DNA from: Wickerhamiella versatilis | Taxonomy: Eukaryota | Length of the DNA: 64,000 bases | Direction of reading: 5' to 3' | Assembly (NCBI GenBank): GCA_030867685.1 | Contig: JAQOWU010000001.1 | Span: forward strand, 496,001-560,000 | Shown: in pieces, positions 20,673-31,135 of the stretch | Layout: every line of letters starts with the position of its first letter | Numbering within the stretch: the stretch's first letter is position 1 | The notes under the pieces: model-generated | What the model saw: the letters and a program-made list of their open reading frames with translations, nothing else | Database searches by the model: none | Told to the model about the DNA's origin: nothing | Program-made: the position numbers and the translations under genes

Positions 20673-21869
20673 TCATGTCCATAGTTTAACTGTATTGTCG
20701 ACTGATGCGGTTGCAATCATGCGCTGTCGCCAGGCTAAGCTAGTTATAAAGTGGTCGTGTGCCCGAACAAGTCTTAAGCATTTTCCAGATGCAACATCCC
20801 ACACGCGCAGCGTCTGATCATCGCTAACACTTACCAGGTACTTACCGGATGGCCCAAATGCGATTCCTTGGACCCAATTGTCGTGCCCTACTAGCTTGTG
20901 AATGGCATGAGTTGGTCGATCACTTCGCCAGATGCAAATTATATTATCTCTTCCGCCCGTTGCGAAGACAAATGCGGGATCTTTGACGTCGAATATACTT
21001 TTTGTTGCCTCAGGAGCTATAGTACAGCATTCAATAACATTGTCATGGCCTTCAAACCTCGTATCACTGCTCTTTGCATTTTCAGGATCGCTTATACGAG
21101 ATACCAGTGCTACCTTATCCTTACCTGCAGATACAAAATAGTCACCGTATACATCCAGACAACGAACCCAATCATCATGCATACGCAGAACACGTTCGCA
21201 GAGCCCATTTTCTGTATTCCACACTCTAACAGTGGTGTCTCTGGATGCACTAAGTAGTTGTGAGGGGGTACTTTTGACGAATTTCACAGCACTCACGGTA
21301 TGCTCATGGCCCATCAGGGTATGCACGTTATTAAAATTGTCATTCGTATCCCAGAGTTTGATTGTGAGATCAGCACTGCAAGTAGCGAGTAAATCATTGC
21401 TGAAATCCAGACAGGTAGCAGCTCGTGTATGTGCTTTCAACGTGCGCTCGAGCTCCCCAGACTCCGTATCCCACAATTTCACTGCACCGTCCTCGCATGC
21501 AGATGCCAAAAGAGACCACGCAGGATGAAATGCTACAGATGTCACGTGACCTCTATGTCCTCGAAGAACGTGTGACCATGTTCTAGGCAACCAGTCGCGT
21601 GATAAGGGTCCAGATGCTTGAGCAGGCTTCCTATGGGACTCCTTAAGTTCTTGCTTAAGGCGTTCTGTTTCAGAAGTTAGTTCCATCACCTTTTTTTGGA
21701 GCCGCCATACTGCAGTCCACTTCTTCTCGAGCAATGTTGGGTCTTGAGGGGCTGCATTCACACGCAATTCATTTCTCAGCAGTTCAGCAGTATCAGGTGA
21801 TACGTAGCTACCAACGTAGTCTACTATAGCTTGATGGAGTGCAGCTCTTTGTTTACCATCACTGTGCAT
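20673..21869 (-). CDS. PAC1: LIS1/NudF dynein regulator (LisH, coiled coil, WD40)
   Basis: LLEKKWTAVWRLQKKVMEL plus WD40 repeats. The likely start is MHSDGKQ at 21869. Confidence 0.9.
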   Translation of the reverse strand: MHSDGKQRAALHQAIVDYVGSYVSPDTAELLRNELRVNAAPQDPTLLEKKWTAVWRLQKKVMELTSETERLKQELKESHRKPAQASGPLSRDWLPRTWSHVLRGHRGHVTSVAFHPAWSLLASACEDGAVKLWDTESGELERTLKAHTRAATCLDFSNDLLATCSADLTIKLWDTNDNFNNVHTLMGHEHTVSAVKFVKSTPSQLLSASRDTTVRVWNTENGLCERVLRMHDDWVRCLDVYGDYFVSAGKDKVALVSRISDPENAKSSDTRFEGHDNVIECCTIAPEATKSIFDVKDPAFVFATGGRDNIICIWRSDRPTHAIHKLVGHDNWVQGIAFGPSGKYLVSVSDDQTLRVWDVASGKCLRLVRAHDHFITSLAWRQRMIATASVDNTVKLWT

Positions 21870-22518
21870 CCGTATTATTAACAAAGACCCACGCGGGGCC
21901 AGAGGCAACGATAAATAACGTACCTCAAAACTTATGAATCTTAACAAGACGTAATTTATTAACACTGCTGGATTGTAAACTAGTGATAAAGTTGGTGAGA
22001 AGCCGGTGAAATAGGACCTGATGACGTTATTAGTCTTCATATATGTAGGTTGCATGGGTATTTAGATCTATCAGATCTCGGTTGCTATGATCCGGTGGGG
22101 TTGCACCTAAAAATAACCGAAGGTCTTAAATATTAAGCATTTCATAATGGGGCGGATTGCTAACATTCATTCCATTGGGGCCATCTGATATGGTACACAG
22201 GACAAAAGAACCGTGGTTTGCAGAGCTAGGGGATTTAATGAGGTGGCTAAATGTTTATCAAATTATCATTTGAAGACCATTTTTTTTAAATGTCAACGAC
22301 AGAGATCACGGTATACGAAAGCGATCGGCTGGTTGTATACCACCAGAGCGCAGCAATCAGGCAATAAAAGTACAAATTACAAAATTTTCGGGATACAATT
22401 ATTTAGAGGCATTACAATTGAAACATATTTTTTGTTTTTCCGGGTGACATTTAATTTAAAATACTGATTACTTTCGATGTGTCAACAATTACATATCAAA
22501 CAATCCGATGACATAAAC

Positions 22519-22543
22519 TTAGGGCTAAAGCCCAGCCCACTCG
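22519..22543 (+). promoter_or_regulatory. Tbf1-like ribosomal protein promoter element (TTAGGGCTAAAGCCCAGCCCACTC)
   Basis: TTAGGGCTA begins 69 nt upstream of the RPL25 ATG. A related element precedes RPS19. Confidence 0.6.
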
Positions 22544-22587
22544 TGACAACGACTCTCACAGGCTCACCACCTTCGACTAGCTACGAA

Positions 22588-23022
22588 ATGGCCGCCGCAG
22601 ATCAGAAGAAGGCTCTTGCCGCTAAGAAGGCTGTCACCAAGGGTGCCCACAGCCATAAGGCTCAGAAGGTGCGGACCACCACCACCTTCCGTCTTCCACA
22701 GACCCTCAAGCACCGCCGCCAGCCTAAATACCTTCGCAAGTCGGTTCCTCGTCTCCCTCGCATGGACGAGTACAAGGTTATCATCAAGAACATCAACTCT
22801 GAGGTTGCTACTCAGAAGATTGAGGCACAGAATACTCTTGTTCTTGAGGTCCACATGTCCGCCAACAAGGGCCAGATCAAGCAGGCCGTCAAGAAGGTGC
22901 TCGGTGCGGATGCTCTGAAGGTAAACACTCTTGTGCGTCCTGACGGCACCAAGAAGGCTTTTGTCCGATTGACTGCTGACCATGATGCACTTGACGTTGC
23001 TAGCCGTGCTGGTTATCTGTAA
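22588..23022 (+). CDS. RPL25: 60S ribosomal protein L25 (uL23)
   Basis: KVRTTTTFRLPQTL and KVNTLVRPDGTKKAFVRL, with strongly biased codons. Start is ATG22588. Confidence 0.96.
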   Translation: MAAADQKKALAAKKAVTKGAHSHKAQKVRTTTTFRLPQTLKHRRQPKYLRKSVPRLPRMDEYKVIIKNINSEVATQKIEAQNTLVLEVHMSANKGQIKQAVKKVLGADALKVNTLVRPDGTKKAFVRLTADHDALDVASRAGYL

Positions 23023-23213
23023 TTATTACCGCGAATGTTTCGTGGGGTTCATAGTTAAAAAGTCAAATGTTACGAGGCTAATTTAGAAGCGTTTTGTGGT
23101 TAAACACTTGCTGAGATAGTCTACTTAGCAAGCTAATTATCATTAGAGCGGTACCTTGGTGCGTCTTTCCAATAAGTTTCTCCTGGGTTGCCCACGCAGG
23201 ATTAGGCTGACTC

Positions 23214-24224
23214 ATGGTCGTGACTATATGGGTCACAAGACACGGCCTACGGGCAAATCAAGACCCACCGCCGTCTGGCATTGATGGGGATGTGCCTCTC
23301 TCTGCCGATGGTGTAGGCCAAACCCATGAGTTAGCGGCCCACCTCTCTCAAGTGACCCCCAGGATAGAGCGCATCTATTCTTCACCTTTTTATAGATGCC
23401 TCCAAACTGCCACCCCCTCTGCGGAAGCATTGAAGCTCCCTATATATGTAGAAGCTGGTATTGGTGAGCACTATGCGGTATCTCGTCCCACTCATCCTGT
23501 TCCGCCGACGGCAGAGACATCAAAGGGTGCATTCCCAGCCATTGAAACCTCTTACGAGTCCAAGGTCAGCGTTTCCCCTCTTGGAGAAACGTTTGAGTCT
23601 GTTAATGAGCGTGTGCAACGCGCTCTTGACGCGATCATTGCTGACGCTGAGGCAAATGGTGTTGAAACAATATTGCTCACCACGCATGCAGCAGTTAAGA
23701 TAGTTATAGGGGAGTGTTTAGCTGGCGTATCTGTCAGGGCAGGCACTTGCTCCGTTGACCGATATGACCGTTCTCCTGAAAGCGACAAAGGCTGGAAATG
23801 CATTGTTGATGGGGACACCAGTTTCCTCAAGGGTGGTGAGCAGATGCACTGGTCTTTTGATATGGCATACGAAGCAGGTTCAGTCGCCGATGAAGTAAGT
23901 CGACGCGAAACTCAAAAAGTTTTGATACCTCTTGAGTTTCCACCAAATACAACCCCAGATAAAATTGCTGGTACCCTTCAGTTTAGCGACCTTGATAAGG
24001 ATCAACCTTTCGTGCGTGTATCGGATCAAGTGTTCGAGGGACGTTGGACGGACATAGTAGGCACTGAAGTGTATGCGACTCCTCAAGGTGAAGTTATCGG
24101 GGTAGGGAAACAGCGTGTAGTTCTTCAGCCAGTTCAAACGGAGCCTCAGTCCACCAGAAAACTTGTCGACAAGATCAGAGACATTGACTTGGCACGGCAA
24201 GAAGAAAAGAATGTGAATAACTAG
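23214..24224 (+). CDS. TFC7: TFIIIC tau55 subunit (histidine phosphatase domain plus C-terminal barrel)
   Basis: TRHGLR, SSPFYRCLQT and TTHAA, with the C-terminal LQFSDLDKDQPFVRVSDQVFEGRWTDIVGTE. Confidence 0.8.
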   Translation: MVVTIWVTRHGLRANQDPPPSGIDGDVPLSADGVGQTHELAAHLSQVTPRIERIYSSPFYRCLQTATPSAEALKLPIYVEAGIGEHYAVSRPTHPVPPTAETSKGAFPAIETSYESKVSVSPLGETFESVNERVQRALDAIIADAEANGVETILLTTHAAVKIVIGECLAGVSVRAGTCSVDRYDRSPESDKGWKCIVDGDTSFLKGGEQMHWSFDMAYEAGSVADEVSRRETQKVLIPLEFPPNTTPDKIAGTLQFSDLDKDQPFVRVSDQVFEGRWTDIVGTEVYATPQGEVIGVGKQRVVLQPVQTEPQSTRKLVDKIRDIDLARQEEKNVNN

Positions 24225-24283
24225 TTCATAAACTTTTTTTTATAGACATTCTTAATATAGCCAGATTAATTGCTAAAAGTCGT

Positions 24284-24706
24284 TTAGTACCCCTTTCTCC
24301 GGACCTCCTGGGCTAACTTGAATAGCTTCCTGATGCCATCATTGAATTCTCTATGCTTTCTTTCGATTTCAATGCGCAACCTCGCCTTTCCTGGGCGTTC
24401 ATGATACTGCTGTAAGCGTGCTGTCCGTGGTACTGCATTGATTTTGTTCATGATGTTCACTCGCCTAACAGCTAACGGAAGTTGGCTTTGGTCATTTACA
24501 TCCACACTACGTCCGACAAGGGTGCCTGTGCGAGGAGGGAGCGGCATCGGAGCTAACGAGCGGACCCTGGGTGTCGTCTGTGTGCGACCCGCGCGACGAC
24601 TTCCTGACTCTGTATTTATTTTCAAAAGATCCAACAAAGCCTGGTGATGGCTTGCCGTTCCATTTCGGTTGGTTGGTGCAGCTAGCCTTATCCAGCTATT
24701 TTTCAT
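24284..24706 (-). CDS. MRP21: Mitochondrial ribosomal protein bS21m
   Basis: GRSVDV...YHERPGKARLR...FNDGIRKLF...RRKGY. Confidence 0.8.
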   Translation of the reverse strand: MKNSWIRLAAPTNRNGTASHHQALLDLLKINTESGSRRAGRTQTTPRVRSLAPMPLPPRTGTLVGRSVDVNDQSQLPLAVRRVNIMNKINAVPRTARLQQYHERPGKARLRIEIERKHREFNDGIRKLFKLAQEVRRKGY

Positions 24707-24750
24707 GTCGCCTGGTGTGAAGCTGATTAGTCATACACGCGCAGCTGGGC

Positions 24751-24996
24751 ATGAGCCAGGAATCGACCCGGTTGAATGGACTGGTTCCTAAAAAAAACGC
24801 CGGGTGCTTACGCCGTGCATGGGATGTGATTGGTATGGAGTGGTTTCCCTATATGGGTATCGCTACACAAGGTGAAACTGTCATCTACCATGGCGTACTG
24901 GCAGCTGTGATTTTCTTGCTTGGCTACGCATGCGTTGCGGTGATCCCCCGTATAATTACCTCTACAGTAGAGATCATGGCAGCAATAACTCACTGA
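24751..24996 (+). CDS. Putative small subunit of serine palmitoyltransferase (ssSPT/Tsc3-like)
   Basis: 81 aa with an amphipathic segment followed by one TM helix, PYM...ETVIYHGVLAAVIFLLGYACVAVIPRII. This matches the layout of ssSPT proteins. Confidence 0.55.
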   Translation: MSQESTRLNGLVPKKNAGCLRRAWDVIGMEWFPYMGIATQGETVIYHGVLAAVIFLLGYACVAVIPRIITSTVEIMAAITH

Positions 24997-25332
24997 AACT
25001 TTGTTCTTTTTTTGCCTATACGAAGTTAGTTGCCTTAACATCAAGTCTGGCTGAAAAGCCACGACAACGGAACACGACTGCTTCAAAGAGATAGGAGACA
25101 AGAAAAAAAACGAAGAATTTCATATATTTCCGCTTGTATACTCCATACAATGATATTGCTGGTGGGTCATAAAGTGCTTACCCACCTAACATTATTGGTA
25201 GTCAACTCCGAAAGTTGTCCGTAAATAGCTGTTCGATTAAATAGTATGCATCAGTCTCGAGACTTAATTTTTAAGAGTGAGAATTCATTTTCTTCTACTA
25301 CGAGAGACATAATTATCATCTATGCGTGGTAA

Positions 25333-27639
25333 TTAACTTGACGACTTGTGGATCTTGAGATTGGTTGGTTTTGGCCTCGGTTTCTTAGGAGGCTCATCAG
25401 CCTCTGCAGATGCAGCACTAGATGCTAAGGAATTGTCTGATTGTGTACGAGGCAGCAAGCGAGGCTTAAGATGTTTGGGAGGTATTGGTGGGGGCACTCC
25501 AAGGGTCTTTGACCGAGTTTCGACTTTACGAAGATTGGTGGTGAGAGACGGTGTGCTTTTGGACATGCCCAGGCTAGACTGAAGATCGCCTTCTCCGTTA
25601 TCAGTATACTTTCCATAACCTTTAGCGGTTCGAGGGGCTTCCAGCTCAACAGACTGTCTATTGAGGTAATCGTGAACACGCTGTTGAATTGAGTTTGATG
25701 GTCTGAATTCACCTATTTCACCATCATCATCATCATTCAAATCATCTCCGAATCCAGATTCTACAGATACAGAACTCTCACTATCACCGAGCGAACTGTT
25801 GTGTGATTCCCATGATCGGTGATGGTTGTGTCCACCACGGAACAGTGACAACTTGTGGTTATGTTTGGGCTTTTCATGCCCCTCTGAACCACCTAAAGAG
25901 CGCAGAAAGTCGACACTGCTGTCCATATTTGGTCCTTTACTCTCCATGACAACTGTTGAGCTCTTTTCATCCAGTCCTGTCAAAATGCGATGCAATTTGT
26001 TTTGCTCTTGGCCGGCGGGAGGCTTTTTCACTGAAGGTCTCCTGGGCATCGGATAATCTTCTTCGTCCAAATCAATCAATTCATCCAGCCCCTGCTGAGG
26101 CTGGGTCTGCGGTGCCTTAACTTGCGGTCCATTAAGAATGGAAAGAGACTCATGCGACTTTGAAGGAGAAACACCACCTATACTTGGCTTAGTTGACCTT
26201 GACGGAAGGCTTATAGGTTTAGGCGGGAGTGGTGGTCCCACATTTGGCAGTGCTCCCGGACTAGCTGCCGATGCAGATCCTGGTACTGTGCCAGGCACAA
26301 ATGGTGGAGAACGAGAAGACAGGGGCGCAGACGTAGGTGCAGACGTAGGAACAGATGTAGGAGCAGGCTTAGGAGCCCGCGTAATAGTTGATTCAGGAAC
26401 GGGCTTGGGACCGGGCTTGGGACCGGGCTTGGGAAGAGGCCTCGGGGGAGCTTTTGGTGCTGGTGCAACCGACGAGCCAGGAACACTTGAAGAAGCGGGA
26501 ATCATCAGGGGACCAGGAACAGATGCAGGTGCTAAGGTAGGAGCCTGCCCGGGCGAGGCGGCAGGAATGCTTTGCCTGGAAGAAGGGGCAGAGGTCGGAG
26601 CAGGGATTGCTTGTACAGGCGATTTCACTGTCATTGGTGGACGTACGGGTAGACCGGCTATTTCTTCCACTGATGGGAAGCGCTTCATAACATCCTCTTC
26701 GGGGTTTTGTGGAGCAACAAGGTTTTGTATTGGTATTCCACGCATTGAGCTCAGTTCCTCCAAGACTTGGTCAATATTAGGCCGGTTCATTGGATTTGTT
26801 TGCAAAAGGACGCGTATCATGTTTTTTAGCCGTTCACTATATGCTGGCCGAGGGGGAAACAATACTTGCCCTTCCAATATTGCTGCATTAATCTGTGGGC
26901 CCGCTCGCTCAAAGGGTGTTGTATAATAGCAGAGCTTGTAAAGAAATATACCTAGAGCCCATATATCACTTTTCTCGTCAATGGGAAACCCTCTTGTCAC
27001 GTCAATCATCTCAGGAGCCCGGTATTGAAGGGTTGTGTGATGGTTAATATCGTCTTCAAGAATTTGACACTCGACAGGGTTGGTAGGGACACGTAGAGCT
27101 GGGGATACGCTACCGAAATCGCAAAGTTTATAATCCCGCCCATCCTTTGTGAGCAGCACATTCTCGATCTTCAGATCGCGGTGAATGATTGGGGGTTGCA
27201 AGTGGTGCATCTGCGCAACGCCAACACAAATGTCGCTCATAATCTTCAGGATCTCGAATTCGCGCAATTGATCCTTAAGTCTTGTATTCATGAAATCAAT
27301 GAGTCCGCCTCCAGGACAGAATTCCATCAAGAGAAGCACTTCGTACCCATGCTCGCCGTTCTTAAGGCGCTCTGCATGCGAATCAATATACTGTACAACA
27401 TTTGGCGCTCCTTGAAGTCGCTGCATTGCCTCTACCTCTGCACGAAGGAGGTTGAGGAATACCTTATCAGGCACCACGACTCGTTTCAGACATGCAAGGT
27501 CAGCACCTACAGGTGGCTCGACATATACTGTGTAGACATGTGCAAACCCGCCTGCTGATATATACTTTTTTATCACCACCTCATGAGTGCCTACTGTGAG
27601 CCGGGTGCCAGGCTGGTAAACAGTAGGTGGTGTTGGCAT
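25333..27639 (-). CDS. Ark1/Prk1/Akl1 (NAK) family Ser/Thr kinase
   Basis: GGFAHVY, IHRDLKIEN, LCDFGS, TTLQYRAPEMID and YYTTPFE, with a long Pro-rich tail. Confidence 0.92.
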   Translation of the reverse strand: MPTPPTVYQPGTRLTVGTHEVVIKKYISAGGFAHVYTVYVEPPVGADLACLKRVVVPDKVFLNLLRAEVEAMQRLQGAPNVVQYIDSHAERLKNGEHGYEVLLLMEFCPGGGLIDFMNTRLKDQLREFEILKIMSDICVGVAQMHHLQPPIIHRDLKIENVLLTKDGRDYKLCDFGSVSPALRVPTNPVECQILEDDINHHTTLQYRAPEMIDVTRGFPIDEKSDIWALGIFLYKLCYYTTPFERAGPQINAAILEGQVLFPPRPAYSERLKNMIRVLLQTNPMNRPNIDQVLEELSSMRGIPIQNLVAPQNPEEDVMKRFPSVEEIAGLPVRPPMTVKSPVQAIPAPTSAPSSRQSIPAASPGQAPTLAPASVPGPLMIPASSSVPGSSVAPAPKAPPRPLPKPGPKPGPKPVPESTITRAPKPAPTSVPTSAPTSAPLSSRSPPFVPGTVPGSASAASPGALPNVGPPLPPKPISLPSRSTKPSIGGVSPSKSHESLSILNGPQVKAPQTQPQQGLDELIDLDEEDYPMPRRPSVKKPPAGQEQNKLHRILTGLDEKSSTVVMESKGPNMDSSVDFLRSLGGSEGHEKPKHNHKLSLFRGGHNHHRSWESHNSSLGDSESSVSVESGFGDDLNDDDDGEIGEFRPSNSIQQRVHDYLNRQSVELEAPRTAKGYGKYTDNGEGDLQSSLGMSKSTPSLTTNLRKVETRSKTLGVPPPIPPKHLKPRLLPRTQSDNSLASSAASAEADEPPKKPRPKPTNLKIHKSSS
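26327..26434. repeat. Two coding 12-bp minisatellites in the kinase tail (encoding PTSA and PKPG repeats)
   Basis: GCAGACGTAGG(T/A)-like unit three times at 26327-26362 and CGGGCTTGGGAC about three times at 26400-26434. Confidence 0.8.
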
Positions 27640-28000
27640 CCAGGTTGCTTACGCAGCGATGCCATCCAGCAAGCTGCGCCTTTTCACTCAAGAGACATGC
27701 AAGAGGCACGAAAATTTGATAGGTATTGAATTCTGAACGAGGAGCTTTTCTATTAATTTGTTTTTCTGTATAATGAATTCATGACGTTTCGCTGATCACC
27801 TACGTTTTCCGCCCGCATACCGGGAATATCATATTAACGATTTAAATAAATGAGCAGCATCCATATTTCAAAATAATGAGTTCAATTCATTTTCCGTTGC
27901 CCAGCCGTATGGGTATTTACTGAAATCAAAAAAATACTGCTAGTTGGTACCCTTACCTCGGTGATTATCTCTGTTTCCGCTATTAGTGGGGGACAATTAA

Positions 28001-29260
28001 ATGCAGGACTGGGTGGCCATTGAGCCGTCAGAAGCAGATGAGCATATACAGGTGATACTTAGCAATTTTGGGGATGCCCGTGGCCTTCCAATTGCTAGTC
28101 CAAACGTTGTCTCGCCTAACTATCGATTTCACTGGGTGCGCGATGGCGCGTTCAGTGCCGGTGCCCTTATAGATGAGCTTAATAGATCCACTTCTTTAAA
28201 AGAAACGATAACTGACTATATCGATGCCAGTATATGCGTCCAGAAAGTTCCTAATTTATCAGGTGGACTGGGTGAGCCAAAATTCATGCCCAACGGCAGT
28301 GCTTTCAACGACCCGTGGGGGAGACCACAAAATGATGGTCCAGCGATACGGGCTATGACACTCTGTAAATATGCCTATGGTCAATGCACCTACGAAGATG
28401 CTTGTGAGTTGTACGATAGATGTATTCAGCCAGACCTCCAATTTGTGGCAACCCACTGGAGAGAGGCCTGCTTTGATCTATGGGAAGAGTTATATGGTAG
28501 GCATTTCTTTACGTCCGTTATGCAATATGGCTCCCTTCGAGCGGGCAAGTTGATTGCTTCCTATACAGGTAATCTCTCTGATGCGGTTCTCTATTCTGAA
28601 CAACTTATCAAGATAGCGAACTATATCAATAACAAGTGGCTGAATGCATCTAATTGGAGCGAGCATATCCCTTCGAATCTTGGCAACCGATCAGGGCTAG
28701 ATGTGGCTTCTGTTTTGGCCGCTGTAGAACTAGAGCACCAGGCCACTTGGACAATCGAGTTCGACACAATTCCACTAATTGTTACACCACGGCATCCTAA
28801 AATTCAACAAATCATTGATAGTCTAATTGAAGACTTCTCCCACCGCTTTCCGATAAACTTGGGCCAGCCAGGGGGAATCGGCCGATATCCAGAGGATATG
28901 TACGATGGAGTGACACGCGGTGGCGGGAATCCATGGTTTATATGCACTGCAGTAGTGGCTGAGGCTCTACTACGAAGTGGTCAGGCTGATAGAGCGATAC
29001 CACTTCTTAGTTTTATAGGTCGACACAGGGGCTACACTATAAGTGAACAGGCAGATCGCTCTTCAGGATTCATGCGAGGAGCTGCAAAACTTTCCTGGTC
29101 CCACTCCTCTGTTTATCGTGTTTGCCGTACGGCGGAGATTGTGGGACGCCCCGATCTGGCTGATCTAACCCGGCGGCCGGTCTACAGCCAGCCAAATGGA
29201 ATTGCTTCTTCATCCATTTGGTGGCAGAGACTATGGCGTCGTATACAAAGTAAGTATTAG
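28001..29260 (+). CDS. SGA1: Glucoamylase (GH15), no signal peptide, Sga1-like
   Basis: HWVRDGA, GLGEPKF, WGRPQNDGPA, DLWEE, GRYPEDMYDG, SEQ and LSWSH. Confidence 0.88.
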   Translation: MQDWVAIEPSEADEHIQVILSNFGDARGLPIASPNVVSPNYRFHWVRDGAFSAGALIDELNRSTSLKETITDYIDASICVQKVPNLSGGLGEPKFMPNGSAFNDPWGRPQNDGPAIRAMTLCKYAYGQCTYEDACELYDRCIQPDLQFVATHWREACFDLWEELYGRHFFTSVMQYGSLRAGKLIASYTGNLSDAVLYSEQLIKIANYINNKWLNASNWSEHIPSNLGNRSGLDVASVLAAVELEHQATWTIEFDTIPLIVTPRHPKIQQIIDSLIEDFSHRFPINLGQPGGIGRYPEDMYDGVTRGGGNPWFICTAVVAEALLRSGQADRAIPLLSFIGRHRGYTISEQADRSSGFMRGAAKLSWSHSSVYRVCRTAEIVGRPDLADLTRRPVYSQPNGIASSSIWWQRLWRRIQSKY

Positions 29261-29629
29261 TTGAAGGGTGATGCGACGGGCCGATGAAGCGCCATCTGGA
29301 CCCCCAGAAATTAGAACTTGCCGTATTGCTGCAGCATCCTCTGCAACGTAAGTAAGTAATAGAGTCATATCTTCATTATGGTCATAATTCGTTACAGTTA
29401 CAGCGTTAAGCATTGCTGCAGCTAGCAGCTCTAGCTTATCGCAATTGGGCAGAACTTCTGTCAAATCGCCTAAGGGAGGCTGCAATGCTGCGCGAATTGT
29501 GCGCACACATAGCAGACAAGTACGCCAGGCTTGTGAAATAGTACTTGAGACTTCTGGAGGAAATCCTGGTGAATCAACTGGCGATTCTAGCGACGTCGCT
29601 GAGGCCGACGGAGTTTCATCTGACAGCAT
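29231..29629 (-). CDS. Hypothetical protein (132 aa)
   Basis: ATG-initiated ORF filling an otherwise large gap. It overlaps the 3' end of the glucoamylase by 30 nt. No family recognised. Confidence 0.35.
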   Translation of the reverse strand: MLSDETPSASATSLESPVDSPGFPPEVSSTISQAWRTCLLCVRTIRAALQPPLGDLTEVLPNCDKLELLAAAMLNAVTVTNYDHNEDMTLLLTYVAEDAAAIRQVLISGGPDGASSARRITLQLILTLYTTP

Positions 29630-29819
29630 AGTGTGGGTTAGGTGACTTCGTGTATGATTAACCTTTGCCGATATTTCCAAGATTACTCCAATTCAACATT
29701 GCAGAGCTTGGGCTTCGAAGTATTCTAGATTTTATTATATATTGGGCTGTATACGGTTCCACCGACTCACCTGAGAATATAGGTCTTTGTCCTGACGCTT
29801 ACGAATTGACTGATTTATT

Positions 29820-31091
29820 ATGAGCCATCGCGTGGCCATAATAGGATCGGGGCCTGCGGGGTTCTACACAGCTCTAAGGCTTCTTCCTAAAGCCAAAGTG
29901 GATATTTTCGAGCAGCATGTATTCCCATTCGGTCTTGTCAGATACGGGGTTGCGCCCGATCATCCAGAAGTCAAAAACTGTGAGGAACGTTTCTTCGAAG
30001 TTGCAGCCTCTCCGCACTTCAAATACTATGGAAATGTACGGATAGGGTCGGATATTAGCATTAAGAAAATTTCAGAAAGTTACAATGCAGTGGTTCTTGC
30101 ATATGGGGCAGAAAAAGCAAGGACGTTGAATCTCCCAGGAATTCACGATTCTAAAAGAATATGGTCAGCCCGTGATTTTGTCGGCTGGTATAACGGAGAA
30201 CCAGAATACCAAAACCTGGATTTTCCACTTGAGAAATCGGAGAGGGCAACGATTGTGGGCAATGGAAATGTGGCACTGGATGTGGCCCGTGTGCTTCTCA
30301 AAGATCCGGAGAGGTTTGAGGCCACGGATATTACGTCGAAAGCTCTAGAGAAACTTCGACAAAGCACGATCCGGCATGTTGACATTGTGGGCAGAAGAGG
30401 GCTGTATCAAGCAGCATTCACCACAAAAGAAATAAGAGAGCTATTAAAAGAACCCGACGTCGCATTGATCAATGATACCTCCGAATGGTCGGATTTGCAA
30501 CCTAAGGAACGCCAGTTGAAAAGAAAGCTTGATGTACTTCGTAAGGGGTCCAGCACGGCTCGAGAAGATGCGAAAAAAACCTGGAAACTTAGTTTTTGGC
30601 GAGCTCCTGTCGGTCTTTCGGGAAACACCATGGAATGGGCCGTCACGCGCCTAAATGGTGATGCGATAGAGGTTACTGATGAGAGGCAAGTGACACATGC
30701 AGACATTGTATTTGGAAGCATTGGTTATTTGTCCAGCCCATTGTCCGACCTTGAGGCCCTAGGTATTGAGTGGGACCAGAAAAAGCAGGTACTCTCGGCA
30801 ACCCAGGGGAGTCACGTGGGTGGAAATGTATGGGCTGCAGGATGGGTCCGAACTGGACCTGTTGGCGTTATAATGACTACAATGATGGATGCATTTTCCA
30901 CTGCGGATGAAATACTGGAATCATTAACAGGTCCAGAGAAGCCCGGGGTCAAACCCGAAGGTACTGTGGTATCTTGGACTGACTGGCTTAAGATTAACGA
31001 AGAAGAAAAGAAACGTGGTTCGAAAGTAGGAAAACTTCGCGAAAAATTCAATTCTGGAAAAGAGGCACTAGCATTTCTAAATTCTCATTGA
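29820..31091 (+). CDS. ARH1: Mitochondrial adrenodoxin/ferredoxin reductase
   Basis: GSGPAGFY, GLVRYGVAPDHPEVKN, GNGNVALDVAR and GWVRTGPVGVI. Confidence 0.93.
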   Translation: MSHRVAIIGSGPAGFYTALRLLPKAKVDIFEQHVFPFGLVRYGVAPDHPEVKNCEERFFEVAASPHFKYYGNVRIGSDISIKKISESYNAVVLAYGAEKARTLNLPGIHDSKRIWSARDFVGWYNGEPEYQNLDFPLEKSERATIVGNGNVALDVARVLLKDPERFEATDITSKALEKLRQSTIRHVDIVGRRGLYQAAFTTKEIRELLKEPDVALINDTSEWSDLQPKERQLKRKLDVLRKGSSTAREDAKKTWKLSFWRAPVGLSGNTMEWAVTRLNGDAIEVTDERQVTHADIVFGSIGYLSSPLSDLEALGIEWDQKKQVLSATQGSHVGGNVWAAGWVRTGPVGVIMTTMMDAFSTADEILESLTGPEKPGVKPEGTVVSWTDWLKINEEEKKRGSKVGKLREKFNSGKEALAFLNSH

Positions 31092-31135
31092 TAGACTAAC
31101 TCATTCAGACTGACTAATCAACACTAGTTTCATCC

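Noticed and set aside
26138-26926. 262-aa Gly-rich plus-strand ORF
   Set aside because: It is the antisense shadow of the Pro-rich kinase tail; the Gly richness mirrors Pro codons.
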